A DNA stretch of 64,000 nt from the NCBI GenBank assembly GCA_043821645.1, contig JBDRCO010000089.1:40908-104907 (forward strand), in the 5' to 3' direction. Shown one piece after another: positions 1-10,048 of this stretch. Source of the stretch: Pseudomonadota bacterium. GTDB taxonomy: Bacteria; Myxococcota; JACRCW01; JAFGSX01. Under the pieces are notes generated by a model, which saw only the letters and a list, made by a program, of their open reading frames with translations, had not been told where the DNA came from and ran no database searches. The position numbers were made by a program, and so were the translations under genes. Position 1 is the stretch's first letter. The number at the start of each line of letters is the position of its first letter.

Positions 1-3000
1 TTCACGGATGTGCAGGTCGCCTATGCCAAGAAGAAAAAGAAGAAAAAGAAAAAGAAGAAGAAGGCGCCCAAGACCGAGGCCAGCGAGACCAAGGCCCAGG
101 CCTGCAAGGACGACGGCGATTGCAGGACGGGTCAGGTCTGCGAGAAGGACCTGTGCATCGAGGAGTCCAAGGCCACCAAGGCCGAGGGCGAGCCGAAAAA
201 ACCCGACGATACGCCGCTGCGGACCACCGGCCCCGCCAAGCTGCGCATTCCGACCAGCGACAAGAACTTCGACCGCTCGGCCAAGGCGGATGCCAAGCGC
301 GACGAGGTCATCACCGACATCAAGAAGATCCTGCCCACCATGAAGGGGCCGCAGAAGGCGGAGCTGATCTTCCGCCTGGCCGAGATGTACTGGGAGAAGT
401 CCAAGTTCATCGAGTCCGTCGAGTGGGCCGAGTTCGAGAAGGACGTGCAGGCCTGGGTCGACGGAGGCATGAAGGGCAAGGAGCCCAAGCCAGACAGCTA
501 CCAGCGTCAGAGCGTGGTCTACAAGAAGCAGGCCCTGGCCAACTACCAGACCATCCTCGAGCAATACAAGGAGTACCCCCGCCGCGACGAGGTGCTCTAC
601 ATCATGGCCTACAACCAGTACGACGCCGGCCAGAAGCGAGAGGCGGTGCGCAATTACTGGGAGCTGATCAAGCAGTATCCGGAGAGCCAGTACGTGGGCG
701 ATGCCTACCTGGCCATGGGCGAGCACTACTTCAACTCGAACCAGGTGCTCAAGGCACGCAAGGCCTTCCTCGAGGCGCTGAAGACCAAGAAGCCCAAGAT
801 TTACAGCTTCGCGCTCTACAAGCTGGCCTGGTGTGACTACAACCTGCAGGAATTCGAAGCCGCCATCGACAAGTTCAAGAAGGTCATCGACTACGCCGAG
901 CGGCAGGTGGGGAAGTCCAAGGAGGGTGAGCGCGACAATGTCCAGCTCAAGAACGAGGCGCTCAACGACGTCACCTTGACCTTCAGCCACGTCGACGCGG
1001 TGGATACAGCCTACGAGTACGTGCGCAAGAAGGGCGGCGACAAGCTGGCGCGCTCGCTCACCGAGAAGCTGGCGCGCATCTACAACGACCAGGGCAAGTT
1101 CGACCAGGAGATCATGACTTACAGGCTCCTGATCAACACCTACCCCGACGACGCAGCCTGCCCGGACTTCCAGTCCAGCATCGTGGCGGCCTTCGCCAAG
1201 CTGGGCAAACGCGGCGAGGTGCGGACCGAGGTGCGCCGGCTGGTCGAGCTGTACCGGCCCGGCTCACCGTGGTGGAAGAAGAACGAGAGCAACAAGGCAG
1301 CGCTGGAGCGGGCGCGGGACACCGCCGAGAGCCGCATGCGCGAGCTGGTCACCGACTACCACCAGTACTGCCAGAAGTTCAAGAAGAGGCCAGACTGCAC
1401 GCTGTCCAAGGATATCTACGCCGAGTACCTGCAGGTGTTTCCGGACACGGAATACGCCTACCGCATGCGCTTCTTCTACGCCGAGATCCTGTGGGACCTC
1501 GGTCTGTACAAGGACGCGGGTGATCAGTACGACAAGGTCGTGGACAAGGATCCCAAGGGTGAATACTCCCGCGTCGCAGCCTTCAACTCGGTGTTGACCT
1601 GGGAGAAGATCGTCGCCGGCATCGAGAAGGACGAGAACAAGGCCATCGAGGGCATCGACGATCACAAGACCAAGAAGCGCGACCCCAGCCGCTCGACCAA
1701 GATCAAGCTCGAGAAGAACTACAAGGAGGCCGCCAAGCGCGGCAAGACCTTCGAGCAGCAGCCCATCCCCGAGAATGAACTCAAGCTGGCTGCCGCCTGC
1801 GACCGCTACGTGGCCATCGTGCCCGAAAAGGAAGCCAAGAAGGACAAGGAGATCCTCGAGGAGCTGGTGGCCGTCAAGTTCAAGGCCGGCGCCATCTACC
1901 AGAAGTACTACCACTTCAAGGATGCGGCGCAGCGCTTCGGCGAGCTCATTGATCGCTGGCCCGCCCACAACCTGGCCCGGGCCGGCGCGGACCTGATCCT
2001 CGATAGCTTCGACGCCCGCGAGGACTGGACCGAGCTCAACAAGTGGTCGCGGAGCTTCCAGAAGAACAAGTCCCTGATGGCCGACAAGAAGTTCGCGGAC
2101 CAGATCGACAAGTATGTCGAGGGCTCGAGCTTCAAGGAGATCATGGTCATCTACGCCAAGGCCAACGTCTTGCTGGAGCAGAAGAAGTCCGCCGAAGCAC
2201 AGCCCATGTTTGGCGACGCGGCGAGCCGCTTCAGGGCCTTCCAGAAGGAGTTCCCGGGCAGCCAGTTCTCGCCCATCGCGCTGTTCAACTCGACCGTGGT
2301 CTATGACCGCGCCAAGGAGCTGGATCGCGCCATCGACTCCGCGGAGCTGCTGCTCAAGCAGTATGACAAGGAGCTGGACCAGGGCGACAACAAGAAGAAC
2401 GACCTCAAGCCCAAGACCCTGCTCTACCTGGCCTCGTTCTACGAGCGCATCGCTGACTTCGAGCGCGCCGCGCAGTACTACGAGCAGTACGTCGACAAGT
2501 ACAAGACCAACGACAAGGCCACCGACGCCCTTTACAACGCCGGCATCTTGTACCAGGGGCTCGGTGACACCAAGCGCGCCATCGCGGTCTTTGGCAAGTA
2601 CATCAAGGACTTCAAGGACGCCAAGGACGTGCCCCAGGTGTACTGGAAGATCGCCAACATCTATGTCGAGGAAGAAGACTGGCGGCGGGCCGCGGTGCTG
2701 TTCGGAGAGTTCGAGCAGCGATTCCCCAAGGCGGACCCGGTGCTGCAGTTCGAGAGTCGCTACCGACTGGCCGAGAACCTGTGGCGTGACAATCGTGGCA
2801 AGGACGCCATGAAGGTCTGTGAAGACCTGACCATGCGTTATGCCAAGGCCAGTGCCGACGTGAAGAAGGTGCCGGTGGTGCAGGAGGCCGCAGGGCGTTG
2901 CGCTTTCGAGTTGCTCGAGCCCGACTTCGTTGCTTACGAGGCCATCAAGCTCGAACTCCCCATGAAGACCATGCGCAAGTCCCTGGAGGCCAAGCTGGAG

Positions 3001-3387
3001 AAGGCTCCTTTGCTGGCCACGCGCTACACAAAGCTGATCGACTACGGCAACGCGGAGTGGGGTGTGGCCGGTCTGGTGCGCGCCGCCCTGTGCTTCAAGT
3101 CGCTGGTCGATGCCCTGTTCCAGGCCCCGGATCCGCCGGGCCTGACCCCGGACCAGCTCGAGATCTACCGGGCCGAGCTGGAGAACGAGGCTTTCAAGTA
3201 CGAGGACCAGGCCATTGCTGGCCTCGAGCTGGCGCTCAAGACGGCCTTCGACAAGGGCATCTACAGCGACTGGACCATGAAGGGCGAGGACGCACTGAAG
3301 AAGTACAAGCCCAACCAGTTCCCCGACGTCAAGGAGATGCCGTTCTACGCCAGTGAGTCCTTCCGCAACGCCGCGGTGAGCAAGTAG
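1..3387 (+). CDS. gltD: Large TPR-repeat gliding motility protein, GltD/AgmU-like (5' end probably upstream of the window)
   Basis: 1125-aa ORF of tandem TPR-like helices (e.g. YVGDAYLAMGEHYF, DALYNAGILYQ). The frame is open from base 1 (FTDVQVAYA, resembling a signal-peptide end). Gene order matches the myxobacterial gltD-E-F-G-H cluster. Confidence 0.75.
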   Translation, partial: FTDVQVAYAKKKKKKKKKKKKAPKTEASETKAQACKDDGDCRTGQVCEKDLCIEESKATKAEGEPKKPDDTPLRTTGPAKLRIPTSDKNFDRSAKADAKRDEVITDIKKILPTMKGPQKAELIFRLAEMYWEKSKFIESVEWAEFEKDVQAWVDGGMKGKEPKPDSYQRQSVVYKKQALANYQTILEQYKEYPRRDEVLYIMAYNQYDAGQKREAVRNYWELIKQYPESQYVGDAYLAMGEHYFNSNQVLKARKAFLEALKTKKPKIYSFALYKLAWCDYNLQEFEAAIDKFKKVIDYAERQVGKSKEGERDNVQLKNEALNDVTLTFSHVDAVDTAYEYVRKKGGDKLARSLTEKLARIYNDQGKFDQEIMTYRLLINTYPDDAACPDFQSSIVAAFAKLGKRGEVRTEVRRLVELYRPGSPWWKKNESNKAALERARDTAESRMRELVTDYHQYCQKFKKRPDCTLSKDIYAEYLQVFPDTEYAYRMRFFYAEILWDLGLYKDAGDQYDKVVDKDPKGEYSRVAAFNSVLTWEKIVAGIEKDENKAIEGIDDHKTKKRDPSRSTKIKLEKNYKEAAKRGKTFEQQPIPENELKLAAACDRYVAIVPEKEAKKDKEILEELVAVKFKAGAIYQKYYHFKDAAQRFGELIDRWPAHNLARAGADLILDSFDAREDWTELNKWSRSFQKNKSLMADKKFADQIDKYVEGSSFKEIMVIYAKANVLLEQKKSAEAQPMFGDAASRFRAFQKEFPGSQFSPIALFNSTVVYDRAKELDRAIDSAELLLKQYDKELDQGDNKKNDLKPKTLLYLASFYERIADFERAAQYYEQYVDKYKTNDKATDALYNAGILYQGLGDTKRAIAVFGKYIKDFKDAKDVPQVYWKIANIYVEEEDWRRAAVLFGEFEQRFPKADPVLQFESRYRLAENLWRDNRGKDAMKVCEDLTMRYAKASADVKKVPVVQEAAGRCAFELLEPDFVAYEAIKLELPMKTMRKSLEAKLEKAPLLATRYTKLIDYGNAEWGVAGLVRAALCFKSLVDALFQAPDPPGLTPDQLEIYRAELENEAFKYEDQAIAGLELALKTAFDKGIYSDWTMKGEDALKKYKPNQFPDVKEMPFYASESFRNAAVSK

Positions 3388-3399
3388 GAGAGGCTGATC

Positions 3400-4929
3400 A
3401 TGACCACGCAGTACCGTCACCGCACGTGGATCGCCTCGACGCTGATGCTGGGTGTGGTCGCCCTGCTGGGTGGCTGTCCCAAGAGCGAAGAAGCGGTCAA
3501 GCCCAAGGTCGTGGAGCAGAAGCAGGTCAAGCCCCGGGACCTCAGCCCCGAGGAGCTGACCGCGGCCGCGCGCCAGGCCTATTCCAAGAGCGATTTTCAA
3601 AAAGCCCTGGAGCAGTACGACAAGGCCCTGGCACAGAAGCCAGACCTGGCCGACGCCAACCTGGGGCGCGCGCAGTGCCTGCAGAAGCTCGGGCGCCTCG
3701 ACGAGGCCGATGCTGCCTACGAGACCATCCTCAAGAACGATCCGGGGAACATGAGCGTGGTCGCCGCCCTGGGTGGCCTGTACCGCGACAAGGGCCAGAG
3801 CAAGAAGGCCATCAAGCTGTACCAGGATGCGCTCAAGGCCGACGAGTACAACCCGGACCTGCTCAACAACCTGGCGGTGCTGTATCGCGCCGACAAGAAG
3901 TACAAGCAGGCCGAGGAGACCGTCACCAAGCTCCTGACCCGTCACCCCGACGATGTGGATGCGCTCAAGAATCTGTCGCTGGTCTACTTTGACCAGAAGA
4001 AGTACGCCCTGGCCGAGACCCTGATTGCCAACGTGCTCAAGAAGTCTGGCGACGACCCGACGCTGTTCAACAACCGCGGCATGATTCTGGTCTACAAGAA
4101 GAAGCTGCCCGAGGCCCTGGCCAACTTCAAGAAGGCGGCCGAGCTGGATCCCAAGTTCTTCGAAGCGCGCATGAACATCGGCGGCATCGCGCTCAAGTAC
4201 CGGGACTACGCCACCTCGCTCAAGGCCTTCCAGGAGGCCTCGACCCTGGAGCCGGCACACGTGCAGGCCAACCTGGGCATGGGTTACTCCCTGTCCGGGT
4301 TGCAGAAGTCCAAGGAGGCCGTGGTTCAGCTCGAGAAGGTGCTCAGTCTCGACGCGAACAACGCCCCGGCCATGGCCGAGCTGGTGTTCGTGTACCAGAT
4401 GCAGCTCAACGAGCAGGACAAGGCCCTGCAGTGGGCCGAGAAGTACAAGGCGAGCCTGGGTGGCAAGCTTCCGGGCGACGACCCCATGAACGAGCGCCTC
4501 GAGGTGATCCAGCAAAACCTCAAGGCCTTGAAGATGCAAAAGGACATGGCCAAGAAGCTCCAGGAAGAGGACGCCAAGGCCAAGGCCGAGGCAGAGGCCA
4601 AGAAGAAGGCTGACGAGGAAGCGGCCAAGATCAAGGCCGCCGAGGACGCCGCCAAGAAGAAGGCTGATGAGGACGCGGCCAAGGCCAAGGCAGACGAAGA
4701 GGCCGCCAAGAAGAAAGCCGATACGGACGCGGCCAAGGCCAAGGCCGATGAGGCTGCGGCCAAGAAACAGGCCGATGAGGACGCTGCCAAGGCCAAGGCG
4801 GATGAGGCTGTGGCCAAGAAAAAGGCCGACGAGGACGCCGCCAAGCCCAAGGCGGGCGAGGGGAAAACCGAAGCCCCCCCCGAGGCCAAGTCCGGGGGCC
4901 AGGAACCCGCAGAGCCTGCAGGTCCCTAA
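3400..4929 (+). CDS. gltE: TPR lipoprotein, GltE/AglT-like, with Ala/Lys/Asp/Glu-rich C-terminal repeat tail
   Basis: Lipobox LLGGC, multiple TPR repeats, GGAG RBS, position between gltD-like and gltF-like genes. Confidence 0.7.
   Translation: MTTQYRHRTWIASTLMLGVVALLGGCPKSEEAVKPKVVEQKQVKPRDLSPEELTAAARQAYSKSDFQKALEQYDKALAQKPDLADANLGRAQCLQKLGRLDEADAAYETILKNDPGNMSVVAALGGLYRDKGQSKKAIKLYQDALKADEYNPDLLNNLAVLYRADKKYKQAEETVTKLLTRHPDDVDALKNLSLVYFDQKKYALAETLIANVLKKSGDDPTLFNNRGMILVYKKKLPEALANFKKAAELDPKFFEARMNIGGIALKYRDYATSLKAFQEASTLEPAHVQANLGMGYSLSGLQKSKEAVVQLEKVLSLDANNAPAMAELVFVYQMQLNEQDKALQWAEKYKASLGGKLPGDDPMNERLEVIQQNLKALKMQKDMAKKLQEEDAKAKAEAEAKKKADEEAAKIKAAEDAAKKKADEDAAKAKADEEAAKKKADTDAAKAKADEAAAKKQADEDAAKAKADEAVAKKKADEDAAKPKAGEGKTEAPPEAKSGGQEPAEPAGP
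4570..4850 (+). repeat. Coding tandem repeat (K)KKADE(D/E)AAKAKADEEAA, about 9/18-aa period
   Basis: Repeated aagaagaaggc(t/c)ga / gccaaggccaaggc units are visible directly. Confidence 0.85.
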
Positions 4930-5129
4930 CTGATCAGAGTGCCGGGAACCGCCGAGGGCCCGGGGTTGTCAGGGGAGGTGGGAGCGTAGTAGCTTTGGGC
5001 GCTCCGCGCAGCTGGTCTCGTCGAGAGGTTGGGAGCGGAACGCCACAGCGGAGGAGGGGGAGGCAGCCCAGCACACGGTGCTGGGACGCCTGAACGGACC
5101 CCGCGGGTGGTCAGAGCAGGAGGTCTGGG

Positions 5130-5393
5130 ATGCGCAGAACAGTCATCGCCCTCATCGTGGTCGCAAGCATGCTGCCGCTGGTGGCACTGGCGCAGGGTGA
5201 GGTGCGCGAGGCGGATCGCGTGAGCTACAAGAAGCGCACCGTGGTCGACTTCTCCGACGTCACCATCGAAGGTGAGCTGACCAAGCCCGAGGGCTCGTAC
5301 CTTGTCAATCGCAAGAAGACGCGCTTTCGGAACCTGATCGAGGTGCGTGCGCACTTCCGGCCCGAGCTGAACCGCACGGTCAACGCGCTGTAG
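5130..5393 (+). CDS. gltF: Small secreted gliding motility protein, GltF/CglF-like
   Basis: 87 aa with signal peptide, GGAGGT RBS and motif YKKRTVVDFSDVTIEGELTKPEG...F.NLI.VR..F typical of CglF/GltF. Confidence 0.8.
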   Translation: MRRTVIALIVVASMLPLVALAQGEVREADRVSYKKRTVVDFSDVTIEGELTKPEGSYLVNRKKTRFRNLIEVRAHFRPELNRTVNAL

Positions 5394-5448
5394 AGGCGCT
5401 TTCTGTATGGACCCGCACCACCCTGGCTGGTGACGGAGTGGATACACC

Positions 5449-7404
5449 ATGAGCAAGTCAAGCCAACTGGTCCCCATCAGCCTCACCGTGCAGCCGCCCT
5501 CGGGTTCTCCCGAGGTCCTGGAGTTTTCTCAGGAGAGCGTGATCATCGGCTCCGGTCCCTCGGCCAACGTGCGATTGCCCAGTGACGACGTGTCCAGCAT
5601 CCACGCGATGATCAAGAACAAGGGCGAGGCCGGCGTTGCCGTGCTGGACCTGGGGAGTGAGGGCGGCACCGAGGTCAACGGCGTGGACGTTGCCGGCGAG
5701 CACAAGCTCGAGGACGGCGACACGTTGACCGTGGCGGGCTACAAGATCACCGTGTCCATCGGTGGCCATGTCCAGGCGGATCCGACCCAGCCGGACAGGC
5801 CCCAGCAGGCGCCCAAGCCCAAGGAGACCAAGAAGGCCAAGGCCGAGGCCAGGCCGGCCCCGGCGGCGATCGAGCCCACCCTGGCCGTGCGGACCAAGGG
5901 CGCTGCCACCGGCAAGCCCGCGCGCGACGACAGGCCCCCACCGCGCAAGAGCGGTGGCGACGATGTGGCGCATCCCGGTCCCGGGCTGTTTGACCCCTCG
6001 CCGCACATCGACCCCGAGATCTTCGCCGAGGATCTGAAGCCCGAGGAGCAGCCCAGTGAGGGCAAGAAGGTCCTCGAAGTGCTGATGCTGTGGGGCGGCT
6101 CCATGATGGACGTGGCCCACCTGGAGCAGGCGGGCGGTGTCACCATCGGTGACGGCAAGAAGAACACCTTCCGTGTCTCGCACGAGCAGCTCCCGAGCGA
6201 GCATTTCTCCCTTGTGCGCGCGGTCGATGGCGGTTTTGCCGTCGAGCTCATCGAGGCCTTCAACATCGAGGTCAAGCGCGAGGGCAAGATCTACGATCTC
6301 GAGTCGCTGCGCGCAGGCGGCCAGCTCAAGAAGGCTGACACCACGTACAGCGCCCTGAGCTACCGTGTCGGGCTGCACGACCGGGTGGCGATCAAGATCG
6401 GCGCCGTGACTTTCGTTGTCCAGTACGTGGCCCCCGGCCGCGCGATGCTGGGCTCGCTGTGGCAGACGCTGGACTACTACTTCGGCAAGGTGCTGGCCGC
6501 GTCACTGATCCTGCACCTGGTGTTCTTCTTCGCCATGAAGATAACCCCCTGGGATCCGACGGCGCTGACCGAGGATCTTTTCAAGAACCCCAATCGCTTC
6601 GCCAAGCTGATCCTCAAGGAGCCGGACCTGAAGAAGAAGGACGACCTGTCCGGCAAGAAGGGCGGCGCCAAGCACAAGGACAAGGAAGGCAAGTTCGGCA
6701 AGAAGGACAAGCCCAAGAAGGACGCCATGTCGTCCAAGAAGGGCGCGCCCACCGTCGACGCCAACAAGCGCGAGAAGGACCGCAAGATCGCACTCAACGC
6801 CGGTGCTCTGGGCATCCTGCGCAACAAGGGCGCGGGCGCGGTCAGCAACGTGTTTGGTCCTGGTGGACTGGGCACGGGCATGAACAATGCCCTGGGCGGG
6901 TTGCGCGGCGCGGACCTGGGTGACGCCGGTGGCGCCGGTGGCCTGGGTACCCGCGGCACGGGTCCTGGCGGCGGCGGCAATGCGCTGGGTATCGGTGGTC
7001 TGGGTTCGGGCACGGGGCGTGGCACAGGCGGTCGAGGTGACATCGACCTCGGTGGCCGTGGCAAGGGATCCACCCGCATCATCCCGGGCAAGCACGTGGT
7101 CGAGGGCGCGCTGTCCAAGGAAGAGATCGGACGCGTGATCCGGCGCTACCTCAACCAGATCAAGTACTGCTACGAAAAGGAACTGCCCAAGAACCCGAAC
7201 CTCTACGGCAAGGTGGTGGTGATGTTCACCATCGGCGGCACCGGGGCTGTCAACGATGCCAACGTGGTGCAGACCTCGCTCAATGACAACAACGTCGAGC
7301 AGTGCGTGCTGCGCATCATCCACCGGCTGCGCTTCCCGCAACCCAAGGGTGGTGGCATCGTGGTGGTGACCTATCCCTTCATCTTCCAGCAGTCCGGCGG
7401 CTGA
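5449..7404 (+). CDS. gltG: FHA-domain / single TM / TonB-C (AgmX/PglI C-terminal) gliding motility protein GltG
   Basis: N-terminal FHA (IIGSG...VSSIHA...DLGSEGGTEVNG), one TM helix, Gly-rich linker, C-terminal IKYCYEKEL...FPQPKGGGIVVVTYPFIF. Confidence 0.85.
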   Translation: MSKSSQLVPISLTVQPPSGSPEVLEFSQESVIIGSGPSANVRLPSDDVSSIHAMIKNKGEAGVAVLDLGSEGGTEVNGVDVAGEHKLEDGDTLTVAGYKITVSIGGHVQADPTQPDRPQQAPKPKETKKAKAEARPAPAAIEPTLAVRTKGAATGKPARDDRPPPRKSGGDDVAHPGPGLFDPSPHIDPEIFAEDLKPEEQPSEGKKVLEVLMLWGGSMMDVAHLEQAGGVTIGDGKKNTFRVSHEQLPSEHFSLVRAVDGGFAVELIEAFNIEVKREGKIYDLESLRAGGQLKKADTTYSALSYRVGLHDRVAIKIGAVTFVVQYVAPGRAMLGSLWQTLDYYFGKVLAASLILHLVFFFAMKITPWDPTALTEDLFKNPNRFAKLILKEPDLKKKDDLSGKKGGAKHKDKEGKFGKKDKPKKDAMSSKKGAPTVDANKREKDRKIALNAGALGILRNKGAGAVSNVFGPGGLGTGMNNALGGLRGADLGDAGGAGGLGTRGTGPGGGGNALGIGGLGSGTGRGTGGRGDIDLGGRGKGSTRIIPGKHVVEGALSKEEIGRVIRRYLNQIKYCYEKELPKNPNLYGKVVVMFTIGGTGAVNDANVVQTSLNDNNVEQCVLRIIHRLRFPQPKGGGIVVVTYPFIFQQSGG

Positions 7405-7415
7405 CGACCCTTCGA

Positions 7416-7436
7416 AGGGGTGTTCGACACACCCCT
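7416..7436 (+). terminator. Stem-loop after gltG (possible terminator or mRNA-stability hairpin)
   Basis: AGGGGTGT-tcgac-ACACCCCT, followed only by a weak pyrimidine tail. Confidence 0.35.
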
Positions 7437-7523
7437 CTTCCGCCGTGGGGACCCCGGCGGGATTCACCCTGGCAGCACACCTTTTGGTAAAACTGAGAAC
7501 TCGCAACCGTCGACGGTGACAGC

Positions 7524-8147
7524 ATGAAGAAGCAGCTCGTGATCCTGTCCCTCGCCCTCGCCCTGGCTCCACTGGCCCGGGCCCAGGTGTCCTCGCAGGT
7601 GGAGGGCTTCGAGTATTCGCGCGGCTTCTACACCGAGAGCGACCTCGGCTTCTTCCTGCGCTTCGGTGGCTTTGCCGACGAGAAGAGCGGAACCGTGGTC
7701 ACCGGCTCGCGCACCCGGGCCGTCATTGTCAGCAACCTGCAGCCCTACATCGGCTTCTCGGTGGGCTATGACGTGCTCGACTTCCTGAGCGTGCAGCTCA
7801 GCTACGGCACGGGCTATGTCGCCAATGCGGCTCCGAGACAGGGTCAGAGCGAGTCGCCCATGGACCACAGCATCACGCTGCTCAACCTGGCCATCGTGGG
7901 CAACCTGCTGGTCATGGATCGCCTGGCCATCGAGGCCCGGGTGTTTGGCGGTGGCGCCATCTTCGCGCCGCCACCAGTCCCCGACGCCAGCATGTTCGGC
8001 GGTAATGCCGGTGCGGGTCTTGGCATCAAGTACATGACCCTGCTGCCAGGGTTCATCATCGGCGCCGACGTGAACTTCCTGACGACCTTCCCCGAGATCG
8101 TGCCGGCCCTGACCTTCTCGCCGCTGATCATCAAGTACGTATTCTAG
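7524..8147 (+). CDS. gltH: Outer-membrane beta-barrel gliding protein, GltH/CglE-like
   Basis: Signal peptide, amphipathic beta-strands, terminal aromatic residue (IKYVF), synteny after gltG. Confidence 0.7.
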   Translation: MKKQLVILSLALALAPLARAQVSSQVEGFEYSRGFYTESDLGFFLRFGGFADEKSGTVVTGSRTRAVIVSNLQPYIGFSVGYDVLDFLSVQLSYGTGYVANAAPRQGQSESPMDHSITLLNLAIVGNLLVMDRLAIEARVFGGGAIFAPPPVPDASMFGGNAGAGLGIKYMTLLPGFIIGADVNFLTTFPEIVPALTFSPLIIKYVF

Positions 8148-8455
8148 GACCAGCGCCCGTCGAGGTGAGCGCTGCATCGATGCCGGCCACGGGCATGCGT
8201 GTCGAGCAGTCCGCTCCGCCCCCCCCGCTGCAGTGGCGGCGGTGCTCGGGGCTTATGACGCCGGGCCCGCCCTCAGTTATTCGAGACCTGCGATCTGCAC
8301 TTCGCATGGTGTGACCCGGGAGTCCGGATCGACACCCGGCGGGGGTGTGGTGTATCCAAGAAAAGCAATAGATACCGATGTGTTACATGAAGTTCGACCG
8401 CGGCACGATTACTGAAGTGGTGATACCTCAGAACTCGTAACAGCCGGAGGACGAG

Positions 8456-9043
8456 ATGGCAGCTTACCTGGGTTCGAGACGGTCGTGGGGACTTGCGCAG
8501 GGCCTGGCGATGCGAGGGCTCCTGGTGCTGGCGGCGGTGGGAGCGTTCAGCGTGGCCTGCGAATCCCTGCCGCAGCAGGACACCATCAGCGCCTGTGGCG
8601 GATTCGCGCAGACAGGCCAGGCGCTCACCGCCGAGGACGCACAATACTGCGAGGCCGAGATCCTGCACTGGCGCCACGACGCCAGCAGCAAGACTCTGAT
8701 CCTGACCGACTCCCGCGTGCCTCTGAATTGCTGTGGCGAGCACAGCATGACCGTGCACCAGGATGGCGAGGTCTACGTGGTCACCGAGCGTGACGAGCCC
8801 GAACAGATCGGCCCGCTGCCGATGTCCACGGCGCGCTGCGATTGCATGTGCGTGTTCGACTTCAAGGTCGAGGTGCAGGGGGTGAGTGGCGGCGTCATCT
8901 CGGTCAGGCTCGAGCGCGAGGTCACCGACGCCGAGGGTGGGATCAGCAGCGTGTGGCAAGGCGAGATAGACCTGGCCCCGGGTCACGGTGGCGTCATCAT
9001 CGACGAGACCGAGAACATGTGGTGTGAAGCCAGCGGCGGCTGA
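8456..9043 (+). CDS. Hypothetical Cys-containing lipoprotein
   Basis: GGAGGA RBS, lipobox FSVAC, NCCG and CDCMC motifs, coding-like codon usage. Confidence 0.65.
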   Translation: MAAYLGSRRSWGLAQGLAMRGLLVLAAVGAFSVACESLPQQDTISACGGFAQTGQALTAEDAQYCEAEILHWRHDASSKTLILTDSRVPLNCCGEHSMTVHQDGEVYVVTERDEPEQIGPLPMSTARCDCMCVFDFKVEVQGVSGGVISVRLEREVTDAEGGISSVWQGEIDLAPGHGGVIIDETENMWCEASGG

Positions 9044-9206
9044 ATTCGATCTTCTCCTCGACAGGGGCACTCCCTTGTGACGGCCTCCAGCGGGCACGAC
9101 CCCGAATCGCGATGGTCCTCTTCGTGGGCGACACTGGCAGCGCCTGTTCCTGCGACTGCCAAGCCTGCCAGCCCTCTGCTATCATGCGCGACCACCGGAG
9201 GTCGCC

Positions 9207-10034
9207 ATGAGCTGGCTCGACACACTCGAGGATCTGTACAAGAACCGCGATTTTTCGGCGATGACGGCCGACGAGCGCGAACATGCCGCGCGCGATCTGA
9301 TCAACCTGTCGGGTCTGGCCTCCTGCACCCTCACCGCAGCACCCTTGCCCTTCTCGGAACTGATCCTGACCACGCCCGTGCACATCGCGATGGTGATCGG
9401 CGTGGGCCACGTCTACGGTCGCCACCTGAGCAAGACCGAGGCCTCTCGCATCTTCATCGAGCTGGCTGCGGCGGCGGGTGCCAGCCTGGCGGCGCGCAGC
9501 GTGTGGATCGCCTTGAGCAAGCTCATCGCGCCTGGCTTCGGGGTGTTCCTGGTGCTGCCCTATGTCTACGCCGTGACCTGGGGACTGGGGCGTCTGGCCA
9601 TGCAGTACTTCGATGACCCCGAGACCTCACCCGAGCACTTGAGGCAGAAGTTTGGCGAGTTCGTCGACGAGGGCAAGAAGGGCTTTCGCATGGACGCCTT
9701 CAAGGACTTCATGAAGCGCAAGGGCCAGGAGGTTCGCGACTTCACCGACAGCGATCGCGCCAGGCCTGCTGCGGCGTCGAGTGATGCGGTTGAGGCGAGC
9801 TGGGATGAAGGGCCGGTTGGGGCGACGACGAACAAGAGCGAGAAGGCGAAGAGGCCAACCAAGCCCCCGGCCACCAAGCGCACGCCAGAAAAGAAACAGG
9901 AGACGACCCGGCACCCGCCCCGGGCATCCGGAGCCAAGGCCCCGACGCCGAACACCAAGGTTAAGGCCAAGTCGGCGCCTGGACGCCAGGGTGCGTCGCG
10001 GGGTGCAGGTCGCACCGGTCGCCGCAGCAAGTAG
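9207..10034 (+). CDS. DUF697/YcjF-like membrane-associated protein with basic low-complexity tail
   Basis: GGAGGT RBS; motif PLPFSELIL.TPVHIAMV..VGHVYG typical of DUF697. Confidence 0.7.
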   Translation: MSWLDTLEDLYKNRDFSAMTADEREHAARDLINLSGLASCTLTAAPLPFSELILTTPVHIAMVIGVGHVYGRHLSKTEASRIFIELAAAAGASLAARSVWIALSKLIAPGFGVFLVLPYVYAVTWGLGRLAMQYFDDPETSPEHLRQKFGEFVDEGKKGFRMDAFKDFMKRKGQEVRDFTDSDRARPAAASSDAVEASWDEGPVGATTNKSEKAKRPTKPPATKRTPEKKQETTRHPPRASGAKAPTPNTKVKAKSAPGRQGASRGAGRTGRRSK

Positions 10035-10048
10035 AGAGCTTCTCCGCC

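Noticed and set aside
28-63. AAG/AAA run as a phase-variation tract
   Set aside because: It is a mixed-codon in-frame poly-Lys; triplet slippage would not switch the gene off.
1264-4539. 1091-aa minus-strand ORF, and similar long antisense ORFs (e.g. 36607-38754, 42420-44192, 44255-46318, 56067-57500)
   Set aside because: Shadow frames opposite well-supported genes; expected with high GC3 and lacking any motifs.
4570-4850. Possible CRISPR array (also considered at 26050-26660 and 15370-15770)
   Set aside because: Degenerate in-frame coding repeats with no identical repeats, no unique spacers and no cas genes.
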